The translations under genes were made by a program, and so were the position numbers. This document shows, one piece after another, positions 26,058 to 39,706 of a stretch of 64,000 bases of DNA. The notes beneath the pieces were generated by a model. That model was given only the letters and a program-made list of their open reading frames with translations. It did no database searches and was not told where the DNA came from. Source of the stretch: Scyliorhinus canicula (lineage: Eukaryota); assembly GCF_902713615.1 (NCBI RefSeq), contig NC_052149.1:117975930-118039929 (forward strand). The letters run 5' to 3'. Position 1 is the stretch's first letter. Each line of letters begins with the position of its first letter.

Positions 26058-26271
26058 ATGGTTGCACAGTGGTTAGCACTGTTGCTTCACAAGGGCCAGT
26101 CCCGGGTTTGATTCCTGCTTGGTCACTGTCTGTGTTGTCTGCACATTCTCACTGTGAATTCTCCCTCTGTGTACCCGAACAGGGGGCAGAGTGTGGCAAC
26201 TAGGGGATTTTCACAATAACTTCTTTGCAGTGTGAATGTAAGCCTTCTTGTGACAATAATAAAGATTATTA
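26058..26271 (+). mobile_element. HE1-head SINE with a Rex1/Babar-like tail
   Basis: HE1-like head; ends ..ttttcacaata..cttgtgacaataataaagattattat, echoing ttttcactgta..gtgacaataa in the Rex1 copies here. Confidence 0.7.
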
Positions 26272-27996
26272 TAGGGGGGTGGGGTTGGGAGAAGTTGGTT
26301 GGGGGGGCCTGGATTTTGTTTTGTTTTAGGTTGGTTTTATTTTGTAAATGCTATGTGTTTTATATGTTTAATTGTTAAAATTGGAAAATTTGCTTGAAAA
26401 TATATTTTTTTTAAAGAATGACAAATAGGAATCAGGACAGTTGAAACCAGATATAGCTCGAATAGCTTCAAAGATTTAGCGTATTTCAGCCTCATGCCTT
26501 TAACTGCACAATTGTTAGTCAAAGATTTGCTGACTCCTTTTGTACAAACTACTGTATTCCTAATGTGAGCAAGTCAGAAGGGCAGATCAGTTAGGGTTTA
26601 CCAGATTCAGCAGAAGATAGGTTTTAGGAAACAAGCAATACTTCATAACTCCCCCATTTAAGTCAATTTCTGGCATGTTTCCAAGTCACTGAAGCAATAA
26701 TTCCCACCCCGATTAGAAATGCGAAAAGAGTGTTTTTCATGTTCACAGACAGAAGAACTGCGTTTGTTGAGAAGAGTGCACCTTTTGTGTATCACACATC
26801 ATTATCAAGCACTCCTTGGTATATCTTCTTCCAGTTTGGATATCTCAGCGGAACAGCAAAACTCCAGCAGTGGCAGTTTGAATTCTGCATTGTTGGCTGT
26901 ATTGGAGCCTCATATTTTCTGAGGGGTATCAAATGAATATAACATTATGATGTAGGTTTCCGGCTTGCTTGCTACTGGCCCACAAGCCAACCAACACATT
27001 TAAAAATGTGTCAGCTTTGATTTTCTTTGCTTCTTTTAGCTCCACAATGCTACAGCTTCAAGGTGTTTCAGGAGCCATAATTTAAGAAGTATATTCATGT
27101 CAAATCATGCAATCTCTTCAAGATAAATTGAAATGCAGAGATTCCCAGATCACTACCACCTTGTTCCACATTTTAAAACAAAACATCCGTTATGTGAACC
27201 AGATTTTTAAAAGAACTGGTCACAACTGACAGAATCCAGATATTTGATAGATTCAACTCAGGGAACTAAAGGCTCAATTTCGATAATTTAACTACATTAA
27301 ATTACACATTTGCACCCCATCTTGCACCTGTGCTCTCTTTTTAATCCACTTTTTGTAAAATAAAGAAATCCCACAAATGTAAAGAGGTTCGTCCCTAGAT
27401 TGTGCCAATGTCATTTTCTAATTCGTTGCCAGCAGATGCATGATACAGTGTCTGTCTGGCTGCGAATGAAAACACATCCAATCAGTCCTAACTCAAAAAT
27501 CACAATTTTGAATAAATGCAATAGGTTTCCAATTCAGATTGCGAATCAGAACCATCTGAAGCTCTCCAACGACACAATAATGTACAGAATATAATCATGG
27601 TTTAAAAGGATTTAAAAATACTCCTGAGCCAGCAAGTGTGCGCAGAGCATTTTCTCATTGATAAACTAACAGATGCAGTTTCAATAGACCAATTTCATGC
27701 TTCAACTCATGGATGTTACTATAGTACCTAGCCATGAATCCCCTTTGGGGCAGAAGACCTCCCATCTGCTCATCACAGCTGTACCTGGACACTGATGCAC
27801 ACTGCTTATGTAGAGCTTGAATAGACAGTCAGCACACAAAAGAACAAATGCATTTCATCAAAAAGTAGCAAAGCACAATAGATCATGTCATTCATTGTGC
27901 ACATACTACTAACCAATCTCAGCCATGCACAATTGTCTTCCCTTTCTTTCAGCAAAGGAACACAGTAAAGTTACGATAAAGAGATATCAGGAACTT

Positions 27997-28070
27997 GGGT
28001 ACAGAAATAGGGTCCAAGATGCAGAAGATATTCGGAAATTGGGTCCAGAAATGGGGTCCAAGATGCAGAA
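27997..28070 (+). repeat. Local tandem duplication, about 44-bp period
   Basis: GGGT(A/C)CAGAAAT(A/G)GGGTCCAAGATGCAGAA occurs twice. Confidence 0.8.
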
Positions 28071-28460
28071 CAAAAAGAACAAGAACAAAGAAAAGTACAG
28101 CACAGGAACAGGCCCTTCAGCCCTCCAAGCCTGTGCCATGCTGCCCATCTAAACTAAAATCTTCTACACTTCCTGGGTCCGTATCCCTCTATTCCCATTC
28201 ATGTATTTGTCAAGATGCCCCTTAAATGTCACTATTGTCCCTGCATCCACCACCTCCTCCGGCGGGTTCCAGGCACCCACTACCCCCTGTGTAAAAAACT
28301 TGCCTCGTACATATCCTCTAAACCTTGCCCCTCACACCTTAAACCTAGTCCCCCTAGTAATTGACTCCTCTACCCTGGGAAAAAGCCTCTGACTATCCAC
28401 TGTCTCTGCCCCTCATAAATTTGTAGACCACTATAAGGTCATCCCTCAACCTCCATCATT
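28068..28460 (-). mobile_element. CR1 3' fragment
   Basis: AAAGAAC-type tail and CR1 3' region similar to the 24873 copy. Confidence 0.85.
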
Positions 28461-28649
28461 TGGGACAACCTTATTTGACAAGCCATTATCCCATTATAGA
28501 GTTTGATGACCCATCTGTCTGTCAATGGAAGGCGAGATGCATATGAATGGCATAGCTCTGGTCTTTTGTGTAAATGGGAGCTGACCAGGTGTCCATAGAA
28601 CTGGTCTAGAATGGAACATTGTAGAAGCAAGTCAAAGCAAGATAAATGA

Positions 28650-28855
28650 GGGTTAGCATGGCTGCCTCCTGGCGTCATGGACCCGGGTTCGATCCTGGCC
28701 CCGGATCACTGTTCGTGTGGAGTTTGCACATTCTCCCATTTCTGCGTGGGTTTCACCCCCACAACCCAAAGATGAGCAGGGTAGGTGGATTGGCCATGCT
28801 AAATTGCCCCTTAATTGGGAAAAAATTAATTGGGTACTGTAAATTTATTTTAAAA
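28650..28855 (+). mobile_element. Short A-tail SINE
   Basis: TSD ATAAATGAGGG. Confidence 0.85.
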
Positions 28856-29029
28856 ATAAATGAGGGAAATCCCTCACAAGTAAATCAGTACATACATAGA
28901 CAAACAGGAAGCAGTAAAATAGAAGCCTTCATCAGTCTCCAGTCTCATGTGCAATTCTGCAAGAAATGCAGCCTTTTTCTATTAATTCACAGAGTATAGA
29001 CATCTCTTGTAAGGCCAGAATCTATTGCC

Positions 29030-29078
29030 CAAGGTGGTGGTAATTGACAAGGTGGTGGTAATTGACAAGGTGGTGGTG
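29030..29078 (+). repeat. 18-bp tandem repeat CAAGGTGGTGGTAATTGA, about 2.7 copies, in an old repeat
   Basis: Read directly. Confidence 0.85.
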
Positions 29079-29648
29079 AGCCATCCTCTTTAATAGAACT
29101 CAGCGCGCTGCTCGGCCATTTGAAAGGGCAGTTAAGAGTCAACCACAGTGGTATTGGTCTGGAAACACCTAGGGACCAGGCTCAAACTGGAAATGGGCAG
29201 GAGCTTTCCTTCCCTGCAGGACACTGGTGGATCAGATGGTTTTTACGAGAATTCAGGAGTCAGTAATACTGTTGTAAATGATTATTCCAAATGAAATGAA
29301 CTTATTTTAAATTCCACATCTGCCGTGGAACACATCTCCACATCATTAGCCCAGGCCTCAGGATTACTGCCAAGTTTATGAAGATCATACATTAGTTAGA
29401 AAAAATAAATGCAGCGGCTCCATTGGAAATACCAAAAGGTTTCATTTGGAACTTTGCTGCCAATTTATTTTTACATCTCCATGCTGCTCTCTCCACATGC
29501 AGCTAGGTGTCTCTCCCACCCTTCCAAAGCATTGAATCTCCATGTCTAATTTGTGCACATATGACTAAATAACACTCCACCTAGCATCTGATCACCACAT
29601 GCTGAACCTCAAGCCTCACAGATGGTTCAACAGGATTCAAAAGTAGTT

Positions 29649-29876
29649 AATGTTTTTCAAATTTAAAGTACCCAATTTATTTTTTCCAATTAAGGGGCAA
29701 TTTTAACGTGACCAATCCACCTACCCTGCACATCTTTGGGTTGTGGGGGTGAAACCCACGCAAACACGGGGAAAATGTGCAAACTCCACACGGACACTGA
29801 CCCAGAGCCGGAATCGAACCTGGGACCTCGGCGCCGTGAGGCAGCGTCACTAACCACTGCGCCACCGTGCTGCCCC
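29649..29876 (-). mobile_element. Short A-tail SINE
   Basis: TSD CAAAAGTAGTT. Confidence 0.9.
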
Positions 29877-30384
29877 AAAAGTAGTTCTCGAGCAAAAATC
29901 AAACATATTAGTCAGCCAGGCCTACAATTTCTTCTAATTTCAAGTATTTTTCAATATTTTGATTCAAGCACTAATTTCAGGAACCCAACAGTAGCGAAAG
30001 AACTACTCGGTATTAACAATACACTTAGCAAATTGAAATCTTGTCCATCAATGCCAGTAAATCCTATTTTACTCAATCCCTACTTATATATGGCTCCAAA
30101 TTATTTTCACATTTCAATGAATTTAATCAGATTCTACGGTAAGAAAATATATTGTTCAACAACATTCAGCGATTTACAAAAGCCAAAATATCCAGTCATG
30201 AATCCCTGGACTTATCATGCAGTCAGTCATGAAATGGATTTCGAATCTTCTCAACATAATGCTGGCTATATGAAAAATCACTCAATAGTTAAATTCAGTA
30301 TTATGTCCTCCAAAAGATGTCCGTCATGGAACACCATGCTGCTCTCAACGTCATTCATACAATATAGCTAACCTGCAAACAAAG

Positions 30385-30575
30385 AACAGAAAATACTGAA
30401 ACGCTCAGTAGAATAAGCGCCGGCTGTTGACAGAACAAACAGGTCAACATTTCAGCCATAGACCCTTCATCTGAACTTAGTTAGTAGGTCCGACAAAAGG
30501 TCCAGACCTGCAATGGTGATTTGCCTGCTCTCTCCTCAGATGCTGTCCAATCTGTTCTGCGTTTCCTGCTTTCTC
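30385..30575. mobile_element. Degraded Penelope-like terminal repeats in inverted arrangement
   Basis: gacccttcatctgaact faces ctctcctcagatgctgtccaatctg; related pieces at about 30970-31020 and 62660-62718. Confidence 0.55.
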
Positions 30576-31527
30576 AATTCAAATAGCTAGCATCTCACCT
30601 GATTTGGTTTTTATACATTATTAACCTACCAGCTGTTCATTCTCTTGCACCTATGCTACTGTCTTAGAGTAGAATTTACAGCGCTGAAGGAGGCCATTCG
30701 GCCCATCATGTCTGCACCGGCCCCTGGAAAGAGCATCCTACTTAAACCCACACTTAACTTCAACTTTAGTCTTCAACTGGAATGTCAAACAAATTCAATT
30801 TAAAAATGCTGACGTATAAATGAACATTTAATCTTGATATTTTTGTCAGCTCTGACAACATGTTGCTAAAATTCTATGATCAAGAGAGCAGAGTGGACAC
30901 TCCTAGTTTGCTGTGACAACATGATTCAGGTGACTTCTTTCTGTGTATTTGGCACAAAGTTTCAACTGAAGGCAGAAAACGTTGGGAACGTTCAGCAAGT
31001 CTGGCAGCATCTATGGAGGGACATAGATGTCTCTCCCACCCTTCCGAAGCATTGAATCTCCAAGTCTAAAATCATCAAAATCAACTCTATGGCTCCTTGA
31101 AAACACAACCAAGGTGTGGGAAGACCATGGGTCAAAATTTCCTCTGTGCACTACATGTAATGACATTCTCGGTATATTTATAAACAAATATTGAAAAGCG
31201 GTGTATGGCTGATGCTGAAGGTCTGAAATCTCTGTCTGTCACATCTATTCTGATGCAACCTTCCACAACAGCACTCCTGTGAGATGTCTTCTCGTTTTCT
31301 CAAATGAGGATTTCCTGTCACAGTGGTTCACAGGGTCCTCAACTGTATCTGCCATTTTCACGGCACTTCTGCTCTCACCCCTTCCCCTTCCTCCCAAAAC
31401 CACAAGAGAATTCTTTTTGTCCTCACATAGGATTATAGCAAATGGAAGTAGGGAAAGGCCATTCAGCCCTTCGAACCTGCTCAGTCATTCAGTTACATCA
31501 TGGTTGATCATCTGCCTCAATGTCATT

Positions 31528-31872
31528 CATAGAATTTACAGTGCAGAAGGAGGCCATTCGGCCCATCGAGTCTGCACCGGCTCTTGGAAAGAGCACCTTA
31601 CCCAAGGTCAAAACCTCCACCCTATCCCCATAACCCAGTAACCCCACCCAACACTAAGGGCAATTCTGGACGCTAAGGGCAATTTATCATGGCCAATCCA
31701 CCTAACCTGCACATCTTTGGACTGTGGGAGGAAACCGGAGCACCTGGAGGAAACCCACGGACACACGGGGAGGATGTGCAGACTCCGCACAGACAGCGAC
31801 CCAAGCCGGAATCGAACCTGGGACCCTGGAGCTGTGAAGCATTTGTGCTATCCACAATGCTACCGTGCTGCC
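31528..31872 (-). mobile_element. Full HE1 SINE inserted into a CR1 tail remnant (about 31428-31970)
   Basis: Complete head, core and tail. Confidence 0.9.
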
Positions 31873-32427
31873 ACACTATCCCCACACTATTTTCCCACAC
31901 TATCCCCATCTCCCCTGATCTTTACTTTCGATAAATCTATCGATCTGTTTTGGACGTACTCAATGATTGTCACATTGGGGGAAAAAGTACACAATGAATG
32001 AATAATGCAACAGAATAAAATCCAGCCAAGACATGGAAGTGAGCAGTCAGTGTGATTCAAAAAAGCTACAATAAATACTGATGACCAAAGGCTTAGAAGA
32101 ATTAGTTTCTCAGACTTGAGCTGTCATTTTTTCTTTGCCCCCACAATATTGAACTTGAAAAGTAACTCTTGTCAGGTTAGTTATCAAAGTGAGTTACATA
32201 ACATGTGAAATATTCATGAGCAGTAAATTGCCCAAATAGTGCAGATATAATGCTTTCATGTGTACGCACAATCCTTTTAATGGCCCAAACAAATACAAGA
32301 CCTCTCAGCACAATTCAGAACATCAGATTATAGATAAAACAGTTGATCAGCATAACTGAAAACAGCTACTGCAGAATATTCCCAATGCGTTTCGATACGT
32401 CCCACCAACCTTTAAGATGCAGATTCA

Positions 32428-32638
32428 GGGCAGCACGGTGGAGTGGTTAGAACTACCGCCTCATGGCACTAAGGTTCAATCTCGGCCCTGGGTCACTGTC
32501 TGTGTGACATTCTCCCCGTGTCTGCGTGGGCCTCACCCCCACAATCCAAAAAGATGTGCAGTCTAAGTTAACTGGCCATGCTAAATTGCCACTTAATTGG
32601 GAAAAGAAAGAATTGGGTCTCTAAATTTATTTTTTAAA
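32428..32638 (+). mobile_element. Short A-tail SINE
   Basis: Family match; degenerate TSD AAGA..ATTCA. Confidence 0.85.
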
Positions 32639-32902
32639 AAGACCCGAATTCAAAGCAAGCTGATGATTTTTAGTGTTACAATTGATCTCAATTTTCTGGG
32701 CCTCAATCTGTACCGGTCCACAGTATAAAACTGTGAATTATCTAATGCAGATCTTCTGTACGTTTACAGTATTTTCTATCAGTCGATGAAAATAATTAGC
32801 ATGTTAACATTTTGGGTGTAGATGATTAATCAGGGCTGGCAGATCTTTACCCTTGAATTATCACCCTCTTTCTCCTCTTGAAGAATACTGGAGCACACAT
32901 TC

Positions 32903-33466
32903 TTCCCGTGCCTGCGTGGGTCTCATCCCCACAACCTGAGATGAGTGAACTGGCCATATCTTTTTGTTAAAACAGTAAAAAGTACATACAAGGCCAAACG
33001 GGACAAACACTAATTTTGTCTTGAGACTAGATACCCTCGCCTCTGTACCAACAGAAGGGAAAGGACGGGAGTTGATGGGGAAAGAGGGGAAAGGAGAGTG
33101 GTGGGAAGGGAGGGAGTCAGCGTGTTGGTGGAGGGGGGCCCAATAGGACACTGCCTGAACTATCTACGGAGGCAGAAAAAACGAAAGAACCTTCAATTAT
33201 GATGTGCCAAATTCCGGGAGTCTCCTGGAGGAGGTGAGGGGCGACACAGTGTCAGGCAAGAGTGATCCCTGCACCCCACTGCAGAGAGCCTCATGTGCAC
33301 CCTGCGCTCCCGGCACTGGGCGGCTGACAGCCTTTGGACAGTCGCCCTCCGGGCCCAAATCCTCCACCACACTGAGTGTGGCAGGCGACACGGGCCCACC
33401 AACCAACCCAGGGCTTGGCCATGCTAAATTGCCCCTTAATTGGAAAAAAATAACTGGATACTCTTG
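32903..33466 (+). mobile_element. Truncated short SINE split by an unclassified ~460-bp GC-rich insert (32958-33415)
   Basis: TGGCCAT is duplicated on both sides of the insert; the SINE resumes at gctaaattgcccc. Confidence 0.6.
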
Positions 33467-34448
33467 AAACTTAAGCAGCTGGCATAGTTTTTCCAAAGCA
33501 AGCATTAAAGTTCTCTGTTGGGGCACATTAGAAGGAGCTTCAGTTTGCAGCTGTCGAAATAATTAATTTTACAGGGGAAAATAATAGTTCACTTGACCAA
33601 TTATCTAAAGCAGCTCTTACTACTTGCATGGCTACATTTTGATATAGCTCCATTCAAATTTGGAACAATCAATTATAAACTCTTGAAATTGCACTTGTTG
33701 GTGATTATTTCTGATTACACTATCTGAGCACGCATTCCATAATAGCATCGAGCGACTATTATCTTTGGACACAAAAGCTTAACTTTTTGTGAAAAGAGAA
33801 TGAGTGTGTTCAGAATGTGTCACATTGGTACTAAGATTGAAAAATTCTCAAAAGTATTAATTTGTTGCTCTGATATGGTAAACACATAATTTTGTGTATT
33901 ATCCCACCCAGTTCTTAAATTCAAAGATTTTCTTAATATACTTTCTCTTCTATTCCAGCCCTCGACACCAGCCCACCAGTTATTTTTTTTTCAATTAAGG
34001 GGCAATTTAGCATGGCCGATAAATTGCATCTGTTGCATGTATTTTCCATTCCCACAATATACACTGCTGTGAATTGCTGCTGGGTGCAAATTAAAACAGC
34101 CATGCATTTCGATATAGTGCAGCGAATAACACCAATGAGGAGGTAGTGGGTTAAATGTGCAAGGAGTGTGAGTACCTCTTCCAGGGCCTTGGAAAGTTCA
34201 TTTTGTGGATTTGACTCCTGTACAGTGCCCCTACGGCTAACATATGCACCAATGCTTCGAGCTTGAGGTGTTTTTCATTAAGTAGGGGTACTTGGCAGGG
34301 ACGTCCTTTGTCACCACTTGTGTTTGTGCTGGCGATTTAGCCATTAGCAATACCGCTGTTATCCTTAATAAATTTGTGGCCTCCTTATTTCTCCAAAAAT
34401 CCATGGGGAATTCCTTTAGAGAGACTGGCAGTTGGGGGTCTGGTGTTA

Positions 34449-36996
34449 CATAGAAACATGCATAGAAAATAGAAGCAAGAGGAGGCCATTTGGCCCTTAA
34501 GTCTGCTCCACCATTCATTATGATCATGGCTGATCATCAAGTTCAATACCCTGATCTAGCCTTCCCCCATTTCCCTTGATCCCCTTTGCCCCAGAGCTAT
34601 ATCTAATTCCTTCTTGAAATTGCACAATGTTTTGGCCTGGATGACTTTCTGTGACAGCTAATTCCACAGATTCACCACTCTCTGGGTGCAGAAATTTCTC
34701 CTCGCCTCACTCCTAAAAGGTTTACCCCTAATCCTCGAACTATGACCTCTAGTTCTGGACTCTCCCACCATCGGGAACATTCTTTCTAAATCTACCCTGT
34801 CTAATCCTGTTAGAATTCTACAAGTTTCTATGAGATCCCCTCTCACTATTCTAAACCCCAATGAATATAATCCGACCGATTTAAGTCTCTCCTCATATGA
34901 CAGTCCCGCCATCCCAGGAATCAGCCTGGTAAACCTTTGCTGCATTCCCTCCACAGCAAGAACATCTTCCTCAGATAAGGACACCAACGCCATGCACAAT
35001 ACTCCAGGTGTGGCCTTACCAATACACTAAATAACGGCAGTAAAACATCTCCATTCCTATACTAAAATCCTCTCGCTCTGAATGCCAACATATCATTTGC
35101 CTTATTTACTGCCTGCTGTACCTGCGCGCTTACTTTCAGCGAATGAGACAAGAGGACACCAAGGTTATGCTGAGTATCCACCTCTCTCAATTTACACCCA
35201 TTCAAATAATAATCTGCCTTCCTATATTTGCCACCAAAGTGGATAACCTCACATTTATCCACATTATACTGCATCTGCCATGCATATGCCCACTCACTCA
35301 GCCTGTCCAAATCCCACTGAAGCATCCCTGCATCCTCCTCACAACTCACCCTCCCACCCAACTTTGTATCATCTGCAAATTTGAAGACAGTACATTTAGT
35401 GCCCACATCCAAATCATGAATATATAATATGAACAGTTGGGGTCCTCACATAGATTCTCGTGGTACCCCACAGGTCATGGCCTGCTGATCAGAAGAAGAC
35501 CCATTTATTCCAACATTTTGCTTCCTATCTGCTAACCAGCTTTCTGTCCATCTCAAGATGCTATCCACAATCCCATGCACTTTAACTTTACATAGTAATC
35601 TGATATGTGAGACCTTGTTAAAAGCCGACTGAAAGTCTAAATAAACTACATTCACCGATTCTCCCTGATCAACTCAACTAGTTACATCTGCAAAGAATTC
35701 TAGCAGATTTGTCAAGCATGATTTTCCTTTTGTAAATCCACACTAACTTTGTCTGATTACGCCACCTGCTTTCCAAATGCTGTGATATGAAATCCTTGAT
35801 AATGGTCTCCAGCAACTTCCCTACTGCCGATGTTAGGTTCACTGGTCTATAGAATCATAAAATCCCGATCATGCAGAAAGAGACCATTTGGCCCATCAAG
35901 TCTGCAATGGCCGTTGGAAAGAGTACCCTACCTAAGTCCATGCATCCACCCTATTCCTAACCGCACCTAACCTTTTGGACACTAAGGGGCAATTTAGCAT
36001 GGCCAATCCACCTAATCTGCACATCTTTGGACTGTGGGAGGAAACCGGAACACCCGGAGAAAACTCACGCAGACAGGGGAAGAAAGCGCAAACTCCACAC
36101 AGACTATCACCTGAGGCCAAAATTGAACCCAGGTCCCTGGAGCTGTGAGGCAACAGTGCTAACCACTGTGCCACCCCTGTTCCCCATTTTCCCTCTACCT
36201 CCCCTTTTGAATAACGGGGTTATATTAGCTACCCTCCAATGAGTAGGAACCATTCCAGAGTCCAATGAATTTTGGAAAATGACCACCAATTGGTCCACTA
36301 TTTCTCGGGCAACTTCCTGAAGTACTCTGGGATGAAGATTATCAAGCCCTGGAGATTTGTCCACCTTCAATCCCTTTAATTTCCCCAAACCCATTTCTTT
36401 GCTAATAATAATTTCCTCAGCTCCTCATTAAAACTGGTGTTTCTGAAAACTTGTGATACATTATTCATGCCTTCCTTTGTGAAAATAGAAGGAAAATACA
36501 AATTTAGTTCCTCAGCCATTTCATTGTTCCCCGTGACGAATTCCCCCGTTTCTGACTGTAAGGGGGCCTACGTTAGATTTTATCAATTTTTTCCCTTTAC
36601 ATACCTATATAAATATTTACAGTTAGTTTTTATTTTCCCTGCTAGCTTACTTTCAAATTGTATTTTCCCCTTCTTAAGCAATACTTTGGTCCACCTTTGC
36701 TGAATTTTAAACTGTTCCCAAACCTCAGGTCTATTGCTTTTGTTTATGCTCATTTGTCTGCCTCTCCTTTGAACCCAATACTATCTCTAATTTCCCTTGC
36801 AAGCCATGGTTTTGCCACAGTTCCCACTCTACTCTTGCACCAAATAGGAATAAACAATTTCTGGAGTTCAACCATTCGTTCCTTGAATGTCTGCCATTGC
36901 CGGTCCACTGGCCTTCCTTTCAGTAATGTTTCCCAGTCCGTCATAGCCTACTCATGCCTCACACTATTATAGTCATCTTTATTGAGGTTCAGGATC
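34449..36996 (-). mobile_element. Degraded 5'-truncated CR1 LINE, 2.5 kb
   Basis: KSPGLDNLHPRVL, VYLDFQSAFNKVSH, KFADDTKLGG and the CR1 3' tail. Confidence 0.92.
35848..36177 (-). mobile_element. HE1 SINE inside CR1
   Basis: Full head-to-tail match. Confidence 0.9.
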
Positions 36997-39524
36997 CAAC
37001 TTGCTCATTTATTATTGGGCGGCTAACATTGAGAAGGTGCTGGAATGGTTAATGGAACCAAGCCCCATGGGGGGGAACAGATGGGGGAAAGCTCCTGTAG
37101 GAGTTCTAGTCTAAGAGCTTTGGCAACAGCCTTGCTCCCTTTCTCTCCGATGAAGTACTCTTCGAACCTGATGGTGATACCCACTCTTAAAATATGGAGG
37201 CAATTTAGACAGCATTGCAAATTGGGTTCCATGTCATTGCTGGCCCTTATCTGTGGCAATCACCTATTTGTTCCGTCGAATTTAGACGCACCGTTTAGGT
37301 CATGGGAGGAGAAGGGCCTTGGGAGTGTTAGGGATCTATTTGTGGAGGAACGGTTTGCTAGTTTGGAGGTATTATCAAAAAGGTTTCAACTTTCGGCTAT
37401 GAGCTTGTTCCATTACTAAGTGCGTAATTTTTCTTCAGAAGGCTTTTCCCACATTCCCCTTGGCTCCGCAATCCTCCTTGTTGAGTAAGATCCTATCACT
37501 TGCAGGGCCTGATGATCGAAGTATTTCCAGCAACTACGGGCAAACCTCGTCAACAGAGGTAGCCCCACTAGGTGAGGTGCGAACAAAATGGGAGGAAGAA
37601 TTTTAGATGGAGATGTGTGACCCTTCGCAGGATGAACTCCACATCCTCCTATGCACGACTCAGTCTAATTCAGCTCCACAGCTCCACTAACTAAAGCTAG
37701 AAATGGAGGACAGGTGCATGGTGTTCTTTGAGATCTGCTAATCACATCCGTATGTTCTGGTCATGTCCCAGGATGGCAACCTTTTGGGTCTCTTTCTTTA
37801 ACACCATGCCAATGATTCTTTTATTAAAATATTTTTCTTCAATGATTACATTTTTACATTTTTACACAAACAGTACCCGGCACCCCCCAACACCTCTTGA
37901 CAGTAACCAGGTCTCCAAAGTGCAAAATGAACAAGCCCAATCTCTGGTGGAACCCCCCCACTTGTCCTTCTCAGAGCAAATTTTACCTTTACCAAGTCCA
38001 AAATCTCCAACACGTCCCGTAGTCACACAGAGGCACTGGGGGAAGAAGCTGACCTCCACCCCAACAGTACCTGCCAGCAAGCAATCAACAAGGCGAAGGT
38101 TAAGACGTTTGCCCCCGCTCCCATCTGCAACTCCAGCAGGTCCGACACCCCGAATATGGCCCCTAGGGGACCCGGCTCCAATTCCATATGCAGAACCTCG
38201 GACATGGTGCGAAAAAATGACCCCCAATATCTCGCCAACTTTGGGCAGGACCAGAACATATGGACATGGTTGACTGGGCCTCTCCTACATCACTTACAAC
38301 TATCTTCCACCTCCTAAAACAGCCGGCTCATCCTCACCTTAGTTAAGTGCGCCCAATACACCACTTTGAGCTGAATCAACACAGCTTCAAACACGATGTC
38401 GAGGCATTGACCCTTCGCAGCACTTCACACCATAATCCTTCCTCCAGCCTCATAACCAGCTCTTCTACCCATTTACGCTTAATCCCTTCCAAATTAGGGT
38501 TAGGGTTTGTGCATTCTCCCCGTGTTTGCGTGGGTTTCGCTTCCACAACCCAAAGATGTGCAGAATAATCATGCTAAATTACCCCTTAATTGGAAAAAAT
38601 GAATTGGGTACTCTAAGAAATTTTTTTTAAGTGTTTCTTGTGAAATTCTGCACTGACAAACCTAAAACCTTCCTCAGACTGCAGCCCATACTTCATCCTC
38701 AACTCCTCCAAATTCCAAATCTCCCCTCCAGAAACAGATCCTTCATCTCTTTCACCCCTTCCTACTCCCATGCCCGGAACCTCGCATCCACCTCCCCAGC
38801 TCAAACCTATGATTCAGTTTTATCAGCATCACCCTCGACCCCATCCTCAACTTGAAGTCGAAATTGCCCACAGATCCTCAGCGTAGCTGCCACTCCCAGA
38901 TTCCCTGAATACTTCCTTGGGGCAAGTGGTAGCAGCGCCGTTGCCAGCGCCCGCAACCCCTACCTCTTACAGGATCCCACCTCCATCCGCACCACAAAGC
39001 TTCCGACTCCTTCCTCCAGCCCCACACTTTCTCCGCATTCTCTGCCTAGGAATAGGGCAACAGATTCGGAAGAGCCAAGCCCCCTGTCAACTGCCGCTCC
39101 CTTTGGAGCACAGCCTTCCTTAACCTCGCCACCTTCTCTGTCCAAACAGCAAGACCAGCCTATCCGCCCCCTGAAAAAGTGCCTTTGGCAAAAAGACCGG
39201 TAGACACTGGAACAGGAACAGAACCCGCGGCAAAATATTCATTTTGACTGCCTGCACCCAGCGAGCTAACGACAAAAGGAAATATCCGACCTCCCCAGAT
39301 CCTCCTTCACCTTCCCTAACAGCCACGCCCAGCCCCATGCTACCTGCACCCCCAAGTAACCCGAAATGGCAACCCCTCCACTCCCACCTCTGTACCCGAA
39401 GGAGACACAACAAAACACTCACTTCCCTAAATTCAATTTATACCTCGAAAACGCCCCGAATTTACCTTGCAATCCCATTATGTCCCTCACCGAACAGCCC
39501 AGTCAGTGATATACAGCAGTAAGT

Positions 39525-39706
39525 ATGTATTCATTTCTATTATATTATATACTATAATATTCTATTATGTATTCTCATGTCTTTTCTTGAATTTTGTTTA
39601 ATTCCCTTTTCTTCCATGTACTGAATGATCTGTTGAGCTGCTTGCAGAAAAATACTTTTCACTGTACCTCGGTACACGTGACAATAAACAAATCCAATCC
39701 AATCCA
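39525..39706 (+). mobile_element. Rex1/Babar 3' UTR fragment
   Basis: Near-identical to about 54630-54776; (AATCC)n tail; splits the L1 YADD|LLLY coding sequence. Confidence 0.85.

Larger units (their letters stand above)
21248..26413 (+). mobile_element. Degraded, internally deleted L1-clade LINE with four nested insertions
   Basis: 5' motif tcttcccgtggcggcatgtagg; ORF1 remnant VEDLDNRS..RIVGLP; RT remnants NVDAKILAKVLA, DAEKTFDRVEW and YTDDLLLY; degenerate TSD AAGAATGA(T/C)AAA. Confidence 0.85.

Noticed and set aside
29736-30371. 211-aa ORF
   Set aside because: It starts in antisense SINE sequence, and the remainder has no recognisable domain or splice support.
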